Sequence record: SRR31156797_878
Reading direction: 5' to 3' (one strand)
Length of the DNA: 20,000 bases
The notes under the pieces were generated by a model. That model worked only from the letters and a program-made list of their open reading frames with translations. It was not told where the DNA came from and did not search any database. Each line of letters begins with the position of its first letter. Position 1 is the first letter of the stretch. This document shows, piece by piece, positions 17,417 to 20,000 of the stretch. The position numbers and the translations under genes are program-made.

Positions 17417-18477
17417 CGGAGATCACTGCCACATATCTAAGTCATCGAAAATCGCTCGCAACGAGATTCATATTCATGGGGTTGCTGGTAATGTTATTTT
17501 TCATCATCAACCTTGTTTTTGGATCAGTTCACATCCCTCCTGCTGATATTTTCCAGATCCTTATGGGCCAGGCCTCAGTAAAGGAATCATGGGAGGGAAT
17601 TATCTTAAATACACGCTTGCCCCAGGCAGTAACCGCAACCCTTGCAGGCGCTTCGTTGGGTGTTAGCGGCCTGATGATGCAAACACTTTTCAGAAACCCA
17701 CTGGCCGGGCCTTCGGTCCTGGGCATTAGCTCAGGAGCAAGTTTGGGTGTAGCGATACTAATGATGGCTGCAACTTTGCCCGGATTCAGTTTAATCACCG
17801 GATCAGGTTTTGGAGGTAACTTCTCAGTTGTTGTTGCTTCTTTTGCAGGTGCACTTGCTGTTTTGTTTTTGATTATGGTTCTGGCATCCAAATTCAGAAA
17901 CAACGTTACCATACTCATTATTGGGATCATGATCGCTTACGTAGTAACGGCCATCGTAGGCATCTTACAGTTTTACAGTATGAAAGAAAACCTTCAATCC
18001 TTCGTATTTTGGGGATTGGGGAGCTTTGCTGGGGTTTCCTGGCATGAGCACATGTTTTTTATCCCGATTACGGTTTTAGGATTGTTCTTTTCAATCCTGA
18101 TGATCAAACCTATGAATGCCCTGTTACTCGGGGATAATTATGCACGTAACCTGGGTTTCAATACCAAAAAGATGTCCATGATTTTAATCTTGGTTTCCGG
18201 TTTTCTGGTGGCAGCCGTAACGGCCTATTGTGGCCCGATTGCTTTTTTGGGAATTGCTGTTCCACATCTTAGCCGAAACCTGTTCCGCACATCTGATCAC
18301 CTGGTAAATATACCGGGAACCATCCTGGCAGGTATGCTGCTCGCCCTGCTTTGCAACCTGATAGCACGATTACCTGGCTTTGACGGCGCACTTCCGATTA
18401 ATGCGATTACCTCCATTATTGGTGCACCGGTAGTGATCTGGGTCATCATTCGTCATAATCATTATCAAAAAATGTAA
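17413..18477 (+). CDS. FecCD/BtuC-family ABC permease
   Basis: RLPQAVTA, MQTLFRNPLAGPSVLGISSGA, NALLLGDNYARNLG, GPIAFLGIAVPH; ATGA overlap with the upstream gene. Confidence 0.95.
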   Translation: MTEITATYLSHRKSLATRFIFMGLLVMLFFIINLVFGSVHIPPADIFQILMGQASVKESWEGIILNTRLPQAVTATLAGASLGVSGLMMQTLFRNPLAGPSVLGISSGASLGVAILMMAATLPGFSLITGSGFGGNFSVVVASFAGALAVLFLIMVLASKFRNNVTILIIGIMIAYVVTAIVGILQFYSMKENLQSFVFWGLGSFAGVSWHEHMFFIPITVLGLFFSILMIKPMNALLLGDNYARNLGFNTKKMSMILILVSGFLVAAVTAYCGPIAFLGIAVPHLSRNLFRTSDHLVNIPGTILAGMLLALLCNLIARLPGFDGALPINAITSIIGAPVVIWVIIRHNHYQKM

Positions 18478-19493
18478 TGATGATAGATACCGTACTAAAT
18501 ACAAGGGATTTAACGATTGGGTATGCAACAAAAGGCAGGCAAACAAATCAATTACATGCTAAAATAAACCTCGGCCTGAAGAGGGGAGAGATCACCTGCC
18601 TTCTGGGGCCAAATGGGTCCGGGAAGAGCACGTTGATCAGAACGATGGCCGGGTTTCAAAAAGCTTTATCCGGGGAGGTCTTTATCGAAAACAAACCGGT
18701 TTCCCAATTTACCCCTGCTGAAGTTTCCAAAAAAATAAGTGTAGTATTAACGGATGAAGTGTTTACCGGAAACATGACAGTTTTTGATATGGTCGCCTTT
18801 GGCCGCTCACCATACACTGGTTTTATGGGAAGGCTGGGGGAGAAGGACTGGCAGGTTGTTGAGCAATCGCTTCATGATACAGGCATTGCTCATTTGCACA
18901 ATCGGATTTTCCCAGAACTGAGTGATGGTGAAAAACAGAAAGTGATGATTGCCAAATCACTGTCCCAGCAAACACCGCTCATTATGCTTGATGAACCAAC
19001 AGCTTATCTTGATTTCCCGAGTAAAGTTGAAGTTTTACAACTATTGAGAAATGCTGCCTGGAACCTCAAAAAAGCCATATTGCTTTCAACACATGATTTA
19101 GGACTGGCACTCAGGTTTGCTGATAACATTTGGTTGATGGGAAGCAACAATAACATGGAAACCGGCATCCCTGAAGACCTGGTTTTAAATGGTATGATCA
19201 ATAAATTTTTCGATCGTGAGCGCACATCTTTCGATTTGGAATCCGGCGATTTTGAATTTAAAACCGCTACCAAAGGCAAGGTCAAGTTGTCAGGTGAAGG
19301 ATTGAAATTGAAGTGGCTGTCAAAAGCATTGGCTCGCAAAGGTTTCGAATTGACCATTCTGGATACTGCTGAAGCAGAAATTTCTGTTGTGGATGAAATT
19401 TTCCAGATTGAGCTAAATGGAAAACAACGGGTCTTCGAGAATATTTCCGGAATACTGAATTTCCTGGATCATAAAAAACCCCGACAATCTTAA
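18477..19493 (+). CDS. ABC transporter ATP-binding subunit (BtuD/FecE-like)
   Basis: Walker A GPNGSGKST, signature LSDGEKQK, Walker B IMLDEPT, H-loop STHD; TAATG overlap with the permease. Confidence 0.95.
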   Translation: MMIDTVLNTRDLTIGYATKGRQTNQLHAKINLGLKRGEITCLLGPNGSGKSTLIRTMAGFQKALSGEVFIENKPVSQFTPAEVSKKISVVLTDEVFTGNMTVFDMVAFGRSPYTGFMGRLGEKDWQVVEQSLHDTGIAHLHNRIFPELSDGEKQKVMIAKSLSQQTPLIMLDEPTAYLDFPSKVEVLQLLRNAAWNLKKAILLSTHDLGLALRFADNIWLMGSNNNMETGIPEDLVLNGMINKFFDRERTSFDLESGDFEFKTATKGKVKLSGEGLKLKWLSKALARKGFELTILDTAEAEISVVDEIFQIELNGKQRVFENISGILNFLDHKKPRQS

Positions 19494-19529
19494 TCACCGG
19501 GGCATTTCAATTTAGGGAATAATCCAGGG

Positions 19530-19868
19530 TTAGTTTTCCTGTCCGAGCATGATCAGGTCGTTAACCTTAACCTGTGTAAAAAACTTGCGATTGCCGTCCT
19601 TGTCATCATAACTGTTGGTTTCCAGCTTTCCTTCCACGGCAATTTGCTTTCCTTTTTTCAGGTACTTTTCAGCAACCTCGGCCAGTTTGCCCCAGATAAT
19701 AATGTTGTGCCATTGGGTTTCGGTTACCTTTTCGCCTTTTTGATTGCGATAATTTTCGGAGGTGGCCATTGAAAAACGAGCCATTTTGTTACCGTTTGAT
19801 ACTTCCTTTACTTCGGGATCCATTCCAAGGTTTCCAATTAACTGAACACTGTTTCTTAAACTTTTCAT
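19530..19868 (-). CDS. ssb: Single-stranded DNA-binding protein, short form
   Basis: NSVQLIGNLGMDPE, FSMATSE, ETQWHNIIIWGKLAE, KKGKQIAVEGKL OB-fold motifs; 112 aa. Confidence 0.95.
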   Translation of the reverse strand: MKSLRNSVQLIGNLGMDPEVKEVSNGNKMARFSMATSENYRNQKGEKVTETQWHNIIIWGKLAEVAEKYLKKGKQIAVEGKLETNSYDDKDGNRKFFTQVKVNDLIMLGQEN

Positions 19869-19910
19869 GACTATAAAATTTTAATGAATGAATAAATAAT
19901 TTTGATGAAG

Positions 19911-19918
19911 CAAAAGTA
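19911..19918 (-). promoter_or_regulatory. Candidate -7 promoter element for ssb
   Basis: TACTTTTG on the minus strand, 42 nt upstream of the ssb ATG; the expected -33 position falls in a palindrome rather than TTTG. Confidence 0.6.
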
Positions 19919-19929
19919 GGGTGGGGTAT

Positions 19930-19943
19930 ACCGAATATTCGGT
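19930..19943. promoter_or_regulatory. Perfect 14-bp palindrome, candidate operator in the ssb promoter
   Basis: ACCGAATATTCGGT is its own reverse complement. Confidence 0.5.
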
Positions 19944-19952
19944 TAATAAATA

Positions 19953-20000
19953 TTTGTATTCGCTTACAAGCGGATATAAACGTTTGTAAGCGTTTACAAA
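19953..20000. repeat. Degenerate 10-bp-period repeat array with nested inverted repeats, reaching the window edge
   Basis: Units CGCTTACAAG / CGGATATAAA / CGTTTGTAAG / CGTTTACAAA (19961-20000); CGCTTACAA (19961-19969) is the exact reverse complement of TTGTAAGCG (19984-19992); TTTGTAA-gcgt-TTACAAA at 19983-20000. Confidence 0.65.

Noticed and set aside
18915-18945. ABC signature LSDGE instead of LSGGQ
   Set aside because: A variant I recall in this ATPase subfamily; Walker A, Walker B and H-loop are intact.
15823-19497. Minus-strand ORFs at 15823, 17004, 17529, 19004 and 19282
   Set aside because: Antisense to the GroES-family and ABC transporter genes; no motifs.
19494-19529. Possible bidirectional terminator between the ABC ATPase and ssb
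   Set aside because: No clean GC-rich stem with a U-tract could be identified in the 36-nt gap.
19953-20000. Possible CRISPR array edge
   Set aside because: Units are 10 bp, degenerate and contiguous, with no spacers and no cas genes in the window.

Overview
Chromosomal window from a Bacteroidota bacterium (inferred from TAnnTTTG promoters, the mutL-rhomboid-rhomboid-EEP gene order and an Ala-x-Ala|Gln signal peptide). Positions 1-8322 (minus strand) hold the 5' part of a tightly coupled exopolysaccharide operon with unusual architecture: an orphan CheY-like response regulator, a priming phosphoglycosyl transferase fused to a degenerate receiver domain and carrying a 4-Cys insertion, a half-length TolC-like outer-membrane protein where Wza would be expected, a Wzc-like co-polymerase with a degenerate kinase domain, a Wzx flippase, a Wzy/O-antigen-ligase-family protein, and cysQ running off the left edge. 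Two tandem Bacteroidota sigma-A-type promoters lie upstream. Positions 8634-15674 (minus) are a housekeeping run: small membrane protein, mutL, two rhomboid proteases, a membrane-anchored EEP protein and uvrB. Positions 15847-19493 (plus) carry a stand-alone GroES-family gene and a BtuFCD-like ABC importer. A short ssb lacking the acidic tail closes the window, with a palindrome and a 10-bp-period repeat array upstream. No rRNA, tRNA, CRISPR array or mobile element was recognised. The best candidate for an uncharacterised system is the receiver-gated, TolC-associated, possibly sulfated EPS operon.
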